Positions 45,496 through 59,596 of a stretch of DNA of 64,000 bases are shown here, piece after piece. The notes under the pieces are model-generated. The model was not told where the DNA came from. It searched no databases and saw only the letters and a program-made list of their open reading frames with translations. The stretch is from contig OZ024752.1 in assembly GCA_964016885.1 (NCBI GenBank), positions 44,826,001 through 44,890,000 on the forward strand, given 5' to 3'. Position 1 is the stretch's first letter. Each line of letters starts with the position of its first letter. The DNA comes from Eledone cirrhosa (Eukaryota). The position numbers and the translations under genes were made by a program.

Positions 45496-46606
45496 TATAT
45501 ATATGTACATATATATATATATAACAAAAGAGTCAGGACCCCGATGGCTGAGCTCTGGCTGTTTCGTCAGCCAGATCCAAACGGCTTGAGCTCTGCCGTC
45601 GGGGTCCTGACTCTTTTCCTATTACCCACTCTACTACCCTAAGTATTGAGTACTCTGGTGCGTTATGGTCCACCTGGTATCTTACCACACCCTCTATGAT
45701 GTGTATATATTGTTTATTTGGTTGGTTGGCTAGTTGTCTAGTTGGCTGCTAGGTTCATTGGCTAGCTGGTCAGTTGGTCATTAGGTTGGTTGGTTGGCTG
45801 GTTGGTAGGTTGGTTGGTTGGCTGGTTGGTAGGTTGGTTGGTTGGCTGGTTGTCTAGTTGGCTGCTAGGTTTCATTGGCTAGCTGGTCAGTTGGTTGGTT
45901 GGTTGCCTGGTTGGTTGGTTGCCTGGTTGGTTGGTTGCCTGGTTGGTTGGCTGGTTTGTAGGCTGGTTGTTCGTTGTCAGTTGTCTGGCTGGTTACCCAG
46001 TTTGCCCAGAAGGCAATGCTTCAGGTTATAATCCACAGATAATCCGACAGACTTGCTTCATCCCAATTATAGGTTACAGAGTTTATACAGAGCAAATATC
46101 ACATCTTTCCCGCCCTGCCTACTAAATGTATTTCAACAAATTTACCTCATTCAGGCAGAAATCTCAAGTTGGGGCCCAAAAATCTCACAACAATTTACTA
46201 TTCTAATCCCTTTAAAATACTTTTCACACTTCCTTAAATCTTTGTCTTGTCTATCTGTCTGTCTCTCTCTCTCTCCTCCCCCTCTCTCTCTCTCTCTCTC
46301 TCTTTAACACCCCTCAATTATCTCCCTCAAATATTTCTAATTTTTCTCAGATGTTATTAGAAATATTTATTATCAACTTAAAAAAACCCACTTTTTTCTC
46401 ATTTTACAAATTTATAGCTTTAAAAACATCTTCTTCTTCTTCTTCTTCTTCTCATCTATCTTCTCCCCACCCCCATCCTCAACAGAAAGAGTGTAGATGT
46501 TACCTGACAGGTGAGAGGAATTAAGGGGAAGTAGTTGTGTCAGGTGAGCCAATGACAAAAGGCTGAATACTTTCTCCATGTAACAATGATGGAGAGAGAG
46601 AGAGAG

Positions 46607-46759
<153 letters not shown>

Positions 46760-46762
46760 TAG

Positions 46763-46795
<33 letters not shown>

Positions 46796-47169
46796 TAGAG
46801 AGAGAGAGAGAAGAGAGAGGAGAGAGAGAGTAAGAAGGAGAGAGAGAGAGAGAGAGAGAGATATGAAGAGAGATGTGAGTGAAATATAGAATACAGACAA
46901 AGTAAGCTGTCCAGACTAAAATAAAAGTCTAAAAAACTATGACAGGTGACACTATACCAACGTCTCAGAGTGGCATCAAACCCAGGAACCAGGAATTGTA
47001 AAGACAAATTCTGAATGATTCAACCAAACTGTGTCCATGAGAAAAAAACATTAGAAGACCCGACCCCCACGGGCACAAGCCGAAGCTGAAGCATATATAC
47101 AGTATGCCCCACCCCACCCTCCTACACATCTCCCATGAGGGCGGTATGAAACATGTATCTAGTGAAGTC

Positions 47170-48006
47170 CCCAGTCCACACTGTGAAGTGGTCATAGATG
47201 GTGACATGACAAAAAGCACCCAGTCCACACTGTAAAGTAGTTGCGATGGTGACATGACAAAAAGCACCCAGTCCACACTGTAAAGTAGTTGCGATGGTGA
47301 CATGACAAAAAGCACCCAGTCCACACTGTAAAGTGGTTGCGATGGTGACATGACAAAAAGCACCCAGTCCACACTGTAAAGTGGTCATGATGGTGACATG
47401 ACAAAAAGCACCCAGTCCACACTGTAAAGTAGTTGCGATGGTGACATGACAAAAAGCACCCAGTCCACACTGTAAAGTGGTCATGATGGTGACATGACAA
47501 AAAGCACCCAGTCCACACTGTAAAGTAGTTGCGATGGTGACATGACAAAAAGCACCCAGTCCACACTGTAAAGTGGTCATGATGGTGACATGACAAAAAG
47601 CACCCAGTCCACACTGTAAAGTAGTTGCGATGGTGACATGACAAAAAGCACCCAGTCCACACTGTAAAGTGGTCATGATGGTGACATGACAAAAAGCACC
47701 CAGTCCACACTGTAAAGTGGTTGCGATGGTGACATGCAAAAAGCACCCAGTCCACACTGTGAAGTGGTCGTGATGGTGACATGACAAAAAGCACCCAGTC
47801 CACACTATAAAGTGGTCATGATGGTGACATGACAAAAAGCACCCAGTCAACACTGTAAAGTGGTCGTGATGGTGACACAGCAAAAAGCACCCAGTCCACA
47901 CTGTAAAGTGGTTGCGATGGTGACATGACAAAAAGCACCCAGTCCACACTGTAAAGTGGTTGCGATGGTGACACAACAAAAAGCACCCAGTCCACACTGT
48001 AAAGTA
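47170..48006. repeat. 48-bp minisatellite, about 17 copies
   Basis: cccagtccacactgtaaagtagttgcgatggtgacatgacaaaaagca. Confidence 0.95.
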
Positions 48007-48264
48007 GTAGTAGTGTGTGTGTATGTGGTTGTGGGTTCGTGTATGTATGTGTGTATGTGTGTATGTGAGTGTGTATGTGTGTGTGTGTGTATATGTATGT
48101 ATATCCTACACAATATCTGCTATACTGCAGTTTTCTGTTATTTGTCATATTGTTACCTTGTAACAATAGTTAAAACTGACACAACTTTACGACAGAAAGG
48201 AGAAGACCCATTTCAGTTGAGCTTTTGTTGGAAGATAATATAACTAATCTGGTGTGGTAAATAA

Positions 48265-49525
<1,261 letters not shown>

Positions 49526-49689
49526 TTATACTTATTACAACTTACGGATGTTTTAAATATTTTATATAATTTCAAAGTGTCATTAATAATTTGTAATTAT
49601 AAATTCCTTAATTAGTCATGTCTTTCTCGTTTGGGAAGGACCAACCTATCAAAAAATGCTACTGAAGTAGCCAACTATGAAGCCACAAG

Positions 49690-50422
49690 GGAGCAGACCT
49701 CTGTGAGGTTCTACCATTGTCTCAACTAAGGGTTAGCCTCTGTGAGGTTTCTACCATTGTCTCAACTAAGGGTCAGACCTCTGTAAGGTCTACCATTGAG
49801 GTCAACTAAGGGTCAGACCTCTGTGAGGTTCTACCATTGTCTCAACTAAGGGGTCAGACCTCTGTGAGGTTCTACCATTTGTCTCAACTAAGGGTCAGAA
49901 CCTCTGTGAGGTTCTACCAATTGTCTCAACTAAGGGTCAGACCTCTGTGAGGTCTACCATTGAGGTCAACTAAGGGTCAGACCTCTGTGAGGTTCTACCA
50001 TTGTCTCAACTAAGGGTCAGACCTCTGTGAGGTATCTACCATTGAGGTCAACTAAGGGTCAGACCTCTGTGAGGTCTACCATTGTCTCAACTAAGGGTCA
50101 GACCTCTGTGAGGTCTACCATTGTGAGGTCAACTAAGGGTCAGACCTCTGTGAGGTTCTACCATTGAGGTCAACTAAGGGTCAGACCTCTGTGAGGTCTA
50201 CCATTGAGGTCAACTAAGGGGTTAAGACCTCTGTGAGGTTCTACCATTGTCTCAACTAAGGGTCAGACCTCTGTGAGGTCTACCATTGAGGTACAACTAA
50301 GGGTCAGACCTCTGTGAGGTTCTACATTGTCTCAACTAAAAGGGTCAGACCTCTGTGAGGTTTTACCACTGTCTCAACTAAGGGTCAGACCTCTGTGAGG
50401 TTTTACCATTGAGATTAACTAG
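49690..50422. repeat. About 40-bp minisatellite with many indels
   Basis: cagacctctgtgaggttctaccattgtctcaactaagggt. Confidence 0.9.
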
Positions 50423-50694
50423 GAGCCACTAGAGTCACACCTCATTGTGGGCTATTAGGGAACCAGAAGAGAACAGACTTGGAACGATGGAATGCAAGGT
50501 TGACCATGACTGGACTTACTCAATGGTCTAAAGATTCTGACAATCTCTTATTGGTCACAGGGGCCCAAGATATTGGGAATGAGTTACAACACAAAGTGAG
50601 GTTAATATTGAATAAATGGCTTCAAAATGAACAAATACAATAATTGTAACAATAAGTTTCCAACAAGAAAAACATTCTCCAGTAGGGTGGAAGA

Positions 50695-51073
50695 CCATCT
50701 AGGGTAGATCAAAAGGTAACCTTGCACAAACTCCTGGGTTACCCTGCATCCCCATCTAGGGTAGTTCAGCAGGAAAACCTCACACAAACTCCTGGGTTAC
50801 CCTGCATCCCCATCTAGGGTAGTTCAGCAGGAAAACCTCACACAAACTCCTGGGTTACCCTGCATCACCATCTAGGGTAGTTCAGCAGGAAAACCTCACA
50901 CAAACTCCTGGGTTACCCTGCATCCCCATCTAGGGTAGTTCAGCAGGAAAACCTCACACAAACTCCTGGGTTACCCTGCATCACCATCTAGGGTAGTTCA
51001 GCAGGAAAACCTCACACAAACTCCTGGGTTACCCTGCATCCCCATCTAGGGTAGTTCAGCAGGAAAACCTCAT
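50695..51073. repeat. 58-bp tandem repeat, about 6.5 copies
   Basis: ccatctagggtagttcagcaggaaaacctcacacaaactcctgggttaccctgcatcc. Confidence 0.92.
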
Positions 51074-51788
51074 ACGTTCAGTATTTACATACACAGATAA
51101 ATGAGATACACTTCTTTTTCATTCCATTCATTAGATTATATTTGTTAATTGCTTTCTACTTCAAACGAAAGAATACTAATGAGCTCTTTTAACGAGTACC
51201 CCCCAAAACCCCCACCAAAACAAAAACAACCTCCAAAACCCCCTGGATAAGTCATAGATAGATTTGTGTCCTTACCATGTTTTCCGTTCAGCTAAACCAA
51301 CAACCATCCATGATGTATGTTATACCAACAACTATGTGGTAGAGGTATATTTTATGAAACAGCTGTGGTTGTAAAGGATTAAGCCTGGATTTCCCCCCTC
51401 CTCACTTTAAACCTACTGTATATAGAAGAAAGTGAGAAATAATCTCACTATGAAAGGCCAATCACCTATCATTTGTTACAAGGGGGGAAATCTACTTAAT
51501 ATCTTTGTGTGCTGGTGACAAGTATTTAAATCCTGTTGTATTAAATATGTATTTATCTTCTATTTATCTTCTATTTATGTATTTGTAAGTAATTCAGAAG
51601 TTAGTCGTGTGAGAAATGGAAGGATGGGATTTGTAATGGACTAAGTTAATAATATAAGACTGTATGGAGAATATCTGAGATGGCAGTGATTGTATTAGAG
51701 GGGGGGGAGGGGGTAGAGAGAGAGAGGGGAACAGGGAGAGGATAAGAGGACAGATTAAAATGGATGTACATGTGTATGTCATTTTCTT

Positions 51789-51839
<51 letters not shown>

Positions 51840-51911
51840 AAAATGAAATTTCATTTCTCACTCTTAGTACGGCTGATACTTATATATATACTTATATATA
51901 TATACATACTT

Positions 51912-51989
<78 letters not shown>

Positions 51990-51994
51990 CTACC

Positions 51995-52200
51995 TATCTA
52001 GGGCGGGTAACATTCCCGAGATCCATGGACGAGTTCTCTCCAGCGGTCTCTGTCCCTCATTATCACTGCCATGTCCTGCGTCTCCAACAGACCAGTGTCT
52101 GTCCTTAGGGCATCAACATACGTTAACCTTGGTCTTGCTCTTCCAGTGTGTCCATGTAGGGGCTCCCATACATATAATACTAGCAAACTCATAGAAGTCA
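51995..52200 (-). mobile_element. RTE-clade LINE 3' fragment
   Basis: [47 protein letters not shown]. Confidence 0.75.
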
Positions 52201-52315
52201 AGTCTGAGAGTGTCACAGACTTGTGGCATATCAAATGTAGACAGTGCAAAGCTTCTAATGAACAGATCTGAGCATTTATTAAAAATTAAATGTTGACTGA
52301 CATATATATAAACAG

Positions 52316-52358
<43 letters not shown>

Positions 52359-53119
52359 TATAAATACATATGAAACATTGACAGAGGATAATTTGTAAAG
52401 AGTGTAAGAAGACATAGTTACAGAGGTAGCATATTAAAATTTAATGAAATTTTACAAATTATCCCCTGTCAATGTTTGATTTCTTTTTTTTATATATATA
52501 TCAATCAACTTTTAATTATATATATATAACAGATAATGCACACACACACACAGGCACACACACACATAGGCATACACACAGGCACACACACACATAGGCA
52601 TACACACAGGCACACACACACATAGGCACACACACAGGCACCCACACACACATAGGCACACACACACATACATATCCAAATGCATACATACAAACACACA
52701 CACACAGACACACACAACCACACATACAGACAGACATACACACACACAAACCGACACTAACACACTCAAACGCATACACCCCCCCACCCCCACCCACCCA
52801 CCCACCCACACACACAGACAGACACCTTCCCCCACCCCATACACACACATGCTCTGTAGTTTCTAGCTCCTTTTATTTTATGTAACCACGAAATATAAAA
52901 AAAGCTTTTAATTTTTTTAATTAATTCATTTTGATAACAAGATTTCATTTATTAACACCTTTATTCTTCTTAATTAGATTTCTGAATTTTTAATTAGGAA
53001 TTTTAATTAATGTCTGTTTATATATTTTTGTGTCTGATTGAGGTACTTATCTTAATTTAGACTGTTTTATTGGGGGGTTGGTGTCTCCATAGAGTACTGG
53101 AGGCGTGCAGAGTCATTGG

Positions 53120-53420
53120 AATTTTGGGATAGAATGGTTTGTGGTGTTTTTCTGGCTTTTTCTACTCAGAGTTCAAATCCTAGGAAGACCAACTTTACCT
53201 TGCACCCTTTCAAGGTCAATAAATATAATTGTTTCTACTTTTGGCACAAGGCCAGCAATTACCCCAGTGTATTACTGGTACTTTGTTTTATCAACCCCCG
53301 TAAGGATGAAAGGCAAAGTTAACCTCGGCGGTGATTTGAACTGAGACCATAAAGGGCCGTAACTCTATGCTGCAAAGCATGGTGTCCGAACCTCTACCAA
53401 TACTGCCAATCCACCCCCGT
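53120..53420. mobile_element. Two opposed MetaSINE-like copies
   Basis: + partial copy 53120-53225, - full copy 53226-53418. Confidence 0.7.
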
Positions 53421-54083
53421 CAACAGCAGTCCATTATTGGTGGGGTTGATTCTCCCATCACAAGTAGGGTTAGATTTAAACCTTGAGGGGCCTAACTGAG
53501 GGGACAAATAAATTGCTAAAGGATATAGTAATGTGGCTATAGGCCTTTCATCCTAATGAGGTTGATAAAATCGACTTTCCTCTCCCTAAATTGCTGGCCT
53601 TGTTCCTATACTAGAAAGCATCATTGGTTAACTAACCACAGAGATAATTCATTGATGTTACAGACAAGACAATATCTTTATAATTACTAAAACAGACAGA
53701 ATTATATTTTAACAAAACACAAAGAACATAAACAGGAAATAAATATATTAGATTTAGAGATTTAAATATAGGAATGTTTATGAGACGTTAGAAATTAAAG
53801 TTGTTTTATTGTCGTCTGTTTTTTAATGAAATAAATACGTAAATGAGATTTAATAAAATGGGTGACGTCCATGTTAGGAGAAGAAAGAAAACTGGATTCT
53901 AGAATTTGATGAAGTGACATCACCATCGATGTTATAAACAACAACTAGACTTCACAGTTTCCCTATTACACACACACATATATACATATATATACACACA
54001 TATATATATATATACATACACACACATATATATATACATACACACACACATATATATATACATACACACACATATATATACAT

Positions 54084-54164
<81 letters not shown>

Positions 54165-54198
54165 TATGTATATATATGTATATATATGTATATATATG

Positions 54199-54236
<38 letters not shown>

Positions 54237-54431
54237 TATTTATGTATATATATGAATATATATGTATATATATGTATACATATATATATATATGTATATA
54301 TATATGTATACATATATATATGTATAGATATATATATACATATATATACATATATATACATATATATACATATATATATATATATGAATATATATGTATA
54401 TATATGTATATATATGTATATATATGTATAC

Positions 54432-54464
<33 letters not shown>

Positions 54465-54467
54465 TGT

Positions 54468-54521
<54 letters not shown>

Positions 54522-54532
54522 ACATATATATA

Positions 54533-54596
<64 letters not shown>

Positions 54597-54895
54597 TATA
54601 TATGTATATATATATGTGTATATAGATATGTGTATATATGTATATATATATATATGTGAATATATATATATATATATATGTGTGTGTATATATGTATATA
54701 TATATGTGTATATGTATGTATATATATATGTATATATATATGTGTGGGTTGATTTCATTTAAAGTGACCTTGTTTTTTTATGAATCTCAATTATTGTTTT
54801 GTTATATTGTTATTCCATACATGGTTGTACAACAGACATACATACACATACATATACACACATACATATATATATACATACACACACAAACATAC

Positions 54896-54926
<31 letters not shown>

Positions 54927-55023
54927 CATACATATATATACATACACAGACACACATACATACACACATATACACACACACACATACACACACATATATA
55001 CACAGACACACACACATATATTT

Positions 55024-55056
<33 letters not shown>

Positions 55057-55966
55057 CATACTTAATTACACACACAACCATACATACATTCATGCATACA
55101 TCACCACCACCATCACCACCATCACCACCATCATCACCATCATCATCACCACCATCATCACCATCATCATCACCATCACCATCATCACCACCATCATCAC
55201 CATCACCATCATCACCACCATCACCATCATCACCACCATCACCACCATCATCATCACCACCACCATCACCACCATCACCACCATCATCACCATCATCATC
55301 ACCACCATCATCACCATCATCATCACCATCACCATCATCACCACCATCATCACCATCACCATCATCATCACCATCACCATCATCACCACCATCACCACCA
55401 TCATCATCACCACCACCATCACCATCATCATCACCACCATCACCATCATCATCACCATCATCACCATCATCACCACCATCATCATCACCACCACCACCAT
55501 CACCATCATCATCACCATCATCACCACCACCTCCATCATCACCATCACCATCATCATCGTCGTCGATTTTCCCATATCTTCCATACTGCCATGGGTGGAG
55601 AGTTTATCATAATCTGTGACTAGAAAGACAGGGGATCAAATGACAGTCTTGTCCAGTCATTTCCTTCTTCTGTGGTTTTTACAGCTCGATATCCGTCCTT
55701 AATCTAACCACTTCACAATGTGGACTGGGTTCCTGTTTTTTTCTTTTCTTTCATGGCATCACCATTACCCCCCCCCCCGGCAGGGTGAACAGGGTGATTT
55801 CTCGCGGTACTAACACTACCTCTTTACAATGAGGTCTGAGAACATTTTATTATGGTACCTGAACTATCACTTTACAGAGTAGGGTGGCTCCAAAAACTTG
55901 TCGAGTGCTTTATATCAGTTATAAAATATTTACTTGTTGTATCCCAACAATTTTAAATAAAACTTT

Positions 55967-56009
<43 letters not shown>

Positions 56010-56409
56010 TTAGTAAGTATGTTTTGAAACAATGGAAAAAATGAGTATTGACGTACATGTACGTCAATACTCATCTTTTTCCATTTATCTGAGGGTTCTA
56101 AACCCCGTTATCAAGCTAAAATTCCTTTAGTTAAAAATACGGTGAAAGCTATATATTTTCTAATTTCAAACTCGCTCACTGTTTCAAAACATACTTACTT
56201 GATATATATATATATATTTGCTTTTTCTTTTCAAAATTTAAAATATATATAATACTTAAACTAAAGGTAAGATAACTCGAAATAAGAATTCTACACACTT
56301 AGCTCCCTTAGTTAAATGTATAAATCTAGATAGCTTAAAGCACAGATCAAAACGTGCTTAGCTCCCTTACTACCTAACTTACGAATACTTGCTTGCACAA
56401 AGCTGTGTA

Positions 56410-56512
<103 letters not shown>

Positions 56513-57271
56513 TATATATACATACATATATATACATGGTGGCTGCCAACTCGTTTTCGAGTACGGCCACTACTTTATATCCATGTAGGAGAAACCCTAC
56601 AGATGCGCTGAACGAGAGTGACTTTTTAGTCCAGCCAGCGACTTGAAAACTCTGGTACAAACACTACACTTGTGACAATTATTGACACATAGTGCTGGGC
56701 CCATGGTACCATGTAACGACAAGTGCAGAGAGATCTCCAGATATAAAGCAATGCCTGTGCCGTGAAGCTTTTATAGTGAGCAAAGGCACTGCACAAAGCC
56801 AGTCCCACTCTCTTAACCAAGATGATATTTACTAAAAAGAAGAACAACTCAACATCATATATATACATACATAATACATACATACATACATACATATATA
56901 TGATGGCTACCCCCTCGTTATGGAGTATGGCCATTTATATATATACGTACATGCATACATACATAAATACATGTATACACACATACATGCATTTTTGGCT
57001 AGATTAGATTGAGTAGAGGTGATAAAAACTATCTAGATTAAACTATAACGGGTGTACATGTAGGACAAAGGCTTTAGCTGAAAGAGGTGGGGTGGATCTC
57101 TAGTAAATAATTATTTCTACTTTTGGCACAAGGCCAGCAATTATCCCAGTGTATTACTGGTACTTTATTTTATCGACCTCGTAAGGATGAAAGGCAAAGT
57201 TAACCTCGGCGGGATTTGAACTCAGAATGGAAAGGGCCGTGACTCTATAGTAAATAATGTATGTTAAGTTT

Positions 57272-58133
57272 GTGGGTTGTTTGCTGAAGCAGGTCAGTAG
57301 AGTACGAATGGGGTGGGTTGTTTGCTGAAGCAGGTCAGTAGAGTACCAATGGGGTGGGTTGTTTGCTGAAGCAGGTCAGTAGAGTACCAATGGGGTGGGT
57401 TGTTTGCTGAAGCAGGTCAGTAGAGTACCAATGGGGTGGGTTGTTTGCTGAAGCAGGTCAGTAGAGTACCAATGGGGTGGGTTGTTTGCTGAAGCAGGTC
57501 AGTAGAGTACCAATGGGGTGGGTTGTTTGCTGAAGCAGGTCAGTAGAGTACGAATGGGGTGGGTTGTTTGCTGAAGCAGGTCAGTAGAGTACCAATGGGG
57601 TGGGTTGTTTGCTGAAGCAGGTCAGTAGAGTACCAATGGGGTGGGTTGTTTGCTGAAGCAGGTCAGTAGAGTACGAATGGGGTGGGTTGTTTGCTGAAGC
57701 AGGTCAGTAGAGTACCAATGGGGTGGGTTGTTTGCTGAAGCAGGTCAGTAGAGTACCAATGGGGTGGGTTGTTTGCTGAAGCAGGTCAGTAGAGTACCAA
57801 TGGGGTGGGTTGTTTGCTGAAGCAGGTCAGTAGAGTACGAATGGGGTGGGTTGTTTGCTGAAGCAGGTCAGTAGAGTACCAATGGGGTGGGTTGTTTGCT
57901 GAAGCAGGTCAGTAGAGTACCAATGGGGTGGGTTGTTTGCTGAAGCAGGTCAGTAGAGTACGAATGGGGTGGGTTGTTTGCTGAAGCAGGTCAGTAGAGT
58001 ACCAATGGGGTGGGTTGTTTGCTGAAGCAGGTCAGTAGAGTACCAATGGGGTGGGTTGTTTGCTGAAGCAGGTCAGTAGAGTACCAATGGGGTGGGTTGT
58101 TTGCTGAAGCAGGTCAGTAGAGTACCAATGGGT
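57272..58133. repeat. 41-bp minisatellite, about 21 copies
   Basis: gtgggttgtttgctgaagcaggtcagtagagtaccaatggg. Confidence 0.95.
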
Positions 58134-58476
58134 AGAACCTGGAGGACTTGTATTTATCCTCTGGTTTTTGTAATAGGTTTAAGGAAATTAAGGGGGCATA
58201 GCCTGATTCCGAAGTTTAGTGGGTACTGTAGGTACACAGATAATAATTTTGTTCCCAATTACAGCCACTTCAGGGTGCAATTGCTGCATAAAATATATTT
58301 GGATGGTTTGAAGGGGCTCAGGAGTGGTTGCAACATAAATAATTTTGACCCCTTTATCAAAAGAAACCATACTTCAGTTGTGACGAGGTTTTACAAAAAG
58401 ACTAGGGATTTTAGTTTTAAGGTAGCTTAGATGCCCTTCATTTCCAACGGTATACTCATGTTAATGGGTTTGTGAA

Positions 58477-58686
58477 GGCGTGTGGCTGAGTGGTTAGAGA
58501 ACTGGATTCGCTATCGTGGGGTTGTGAGTTTGATTCCTGGACCGGGCGATGCGTTATGTCCTTGAGCAAGACACTTTATTTCACGTTGCACCTTCTACCT
58601 GGAGTTGCGGCCAGTAGATAGTATTAGCAATTGGAAAGACCAACGGAAACATTGTTTCCTCGGTCCGATTTGACGAAAGTCGATCG
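58477..58686 (+). mobile_element. Second tRNA-derived SINE family (CORE-like ccttgagcaagacactt domain)
   Basis: A box ggctgagtggttag, B box gtttgattcc; 3' part near-identical to 31680-31755 and similar to the reverse of 61725-61870; related copy at 9600-9770 (-). Confidence 0.7.
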
Positions 58687-59138
58687 ACTCTCTCATAGGT
58701 TAAAATGTGTTTACTAATCTAATATTAAGGTAGGGTAGAATAGGTAACCAGGTAAAAGGTTTTATGGGGGAGATTAGGAAATTACTAACACGCTTGGATT
58801 AGACAAGGATTCAACGTGAAATTATTATTATTATTTTCTACTTTAGGCACAAGGCCAGCAATTTGAAGGGAGGGGGGAAAGTCGATTAAATCGATCAGAT
58901 TCAACATGAAATTATTGAGAGAGCGTTCGTTTTAGTTGTAGCATTGGTATGAAAAGGGAGATTTTAAGAAGTTTTGGGGATATTTCGGGGGAAATTTGGG
59001 GGGTACAGATAAGTAGCGAATGGTTAAGTGTCTGGAACGATGGATGGTAGTAGACCTGTCAATTCTACTCGTCCGACGGGGAAATCTTCAATAACCAGAT
59101 GGTTATCGAACAAAGGAGAGACACAAAATAAAAAGCTA

Positions 59139-59181
59139 GTCGCTGAGGAGGTCACAGAATGTGTGACGAAAGAGCTTTGAC
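59139..59181 (+). ncRNA. Type I minimal hammerhead ribozyme motif
   Basis: gtcg-CTGAGGA-g-gtcac agaatgt gtgac-GAAA-gagc-TT-tgac; decayed sister copy at about 10450-10495. Confidence 0.6.
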
Positions 59182-59324
59182 AACCATCTGGTTATCGAAC
59201 CAACCAACCAACCAACCGGAAACTTATAATAAATTGAAGTGAAAACCAACATGTGCGTATGTTTTTATTGGCAGCATGACCCTCCCAAAGTATAACAAAT
59301 ATATATATGTATATATATATGTAA

Positions 59325-59540
59325 AAGGTAAAAAGAAATAACAGCACAATCGGTACAGTATATGGAAGGAATATATTAGGTTAACGCTTGAAATAGCAGG
59401 AAGAGGGTCTTAACGTTTCGGACGCTAGTCCTTCATCAGAAGAAAGAATGAGAAATAAGATAGATTAAAGGGACGGGCGGGGTGGATTGGAAAAAAATGT
59501 CTTTAGATAAAAATAACAGGTCCATTCATGTTGACATCTC
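59325..59540 (-). mobile_element. Penelope-like pLTR fragment with hammerhead; second copy at about 14577-14830
   Basis: Near-identical to 14577-14830 (which is interrupted by an RTE-tail fragment); inserted in (TA)n. Confidence 0.65.
59408..59443 (-). ncRNA. Type I minimal hammerhead ribozyme motif in a Penelope-like pLTR relic
   Basis: Reverse strand tctt-CTGATGA-a-ggac tagc gtcc-GAAA-cg-TT-aaga; the sister copy at 14701-14736 has GAAA changed to AAAA. Confidence 0.72.

Positions 59541-59596
<56 letters not shown>

Noticed and set aside
47122-48166. Cys/His-rich ORFs that look zinc-finger-like
   Set aside because: 48-bp tandem repeat with no C2H2 spacing or linker and no splice or start context.
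57272-58133. Regular direct repeats suggestive of a CRISPR array (also 38775, 49690, 50695)
   Set aside because: Head-to-tail units with no unique spacers, no cas genes, eukaryotic context.
58130-58440. Possible CR1-type LINE internal fragment (also 3910-4200)
   Set aside because: Heavily interrupted, with no motif I could identify confidently; left unannotated.
58477-58550. tRNA-like sequence with A and B boxes (also 3697, 40624 and about 61120-61185 on -)
   Set aside because: No complete cloverleaf; the clear cases continue directly into SINE core and tail sequence.
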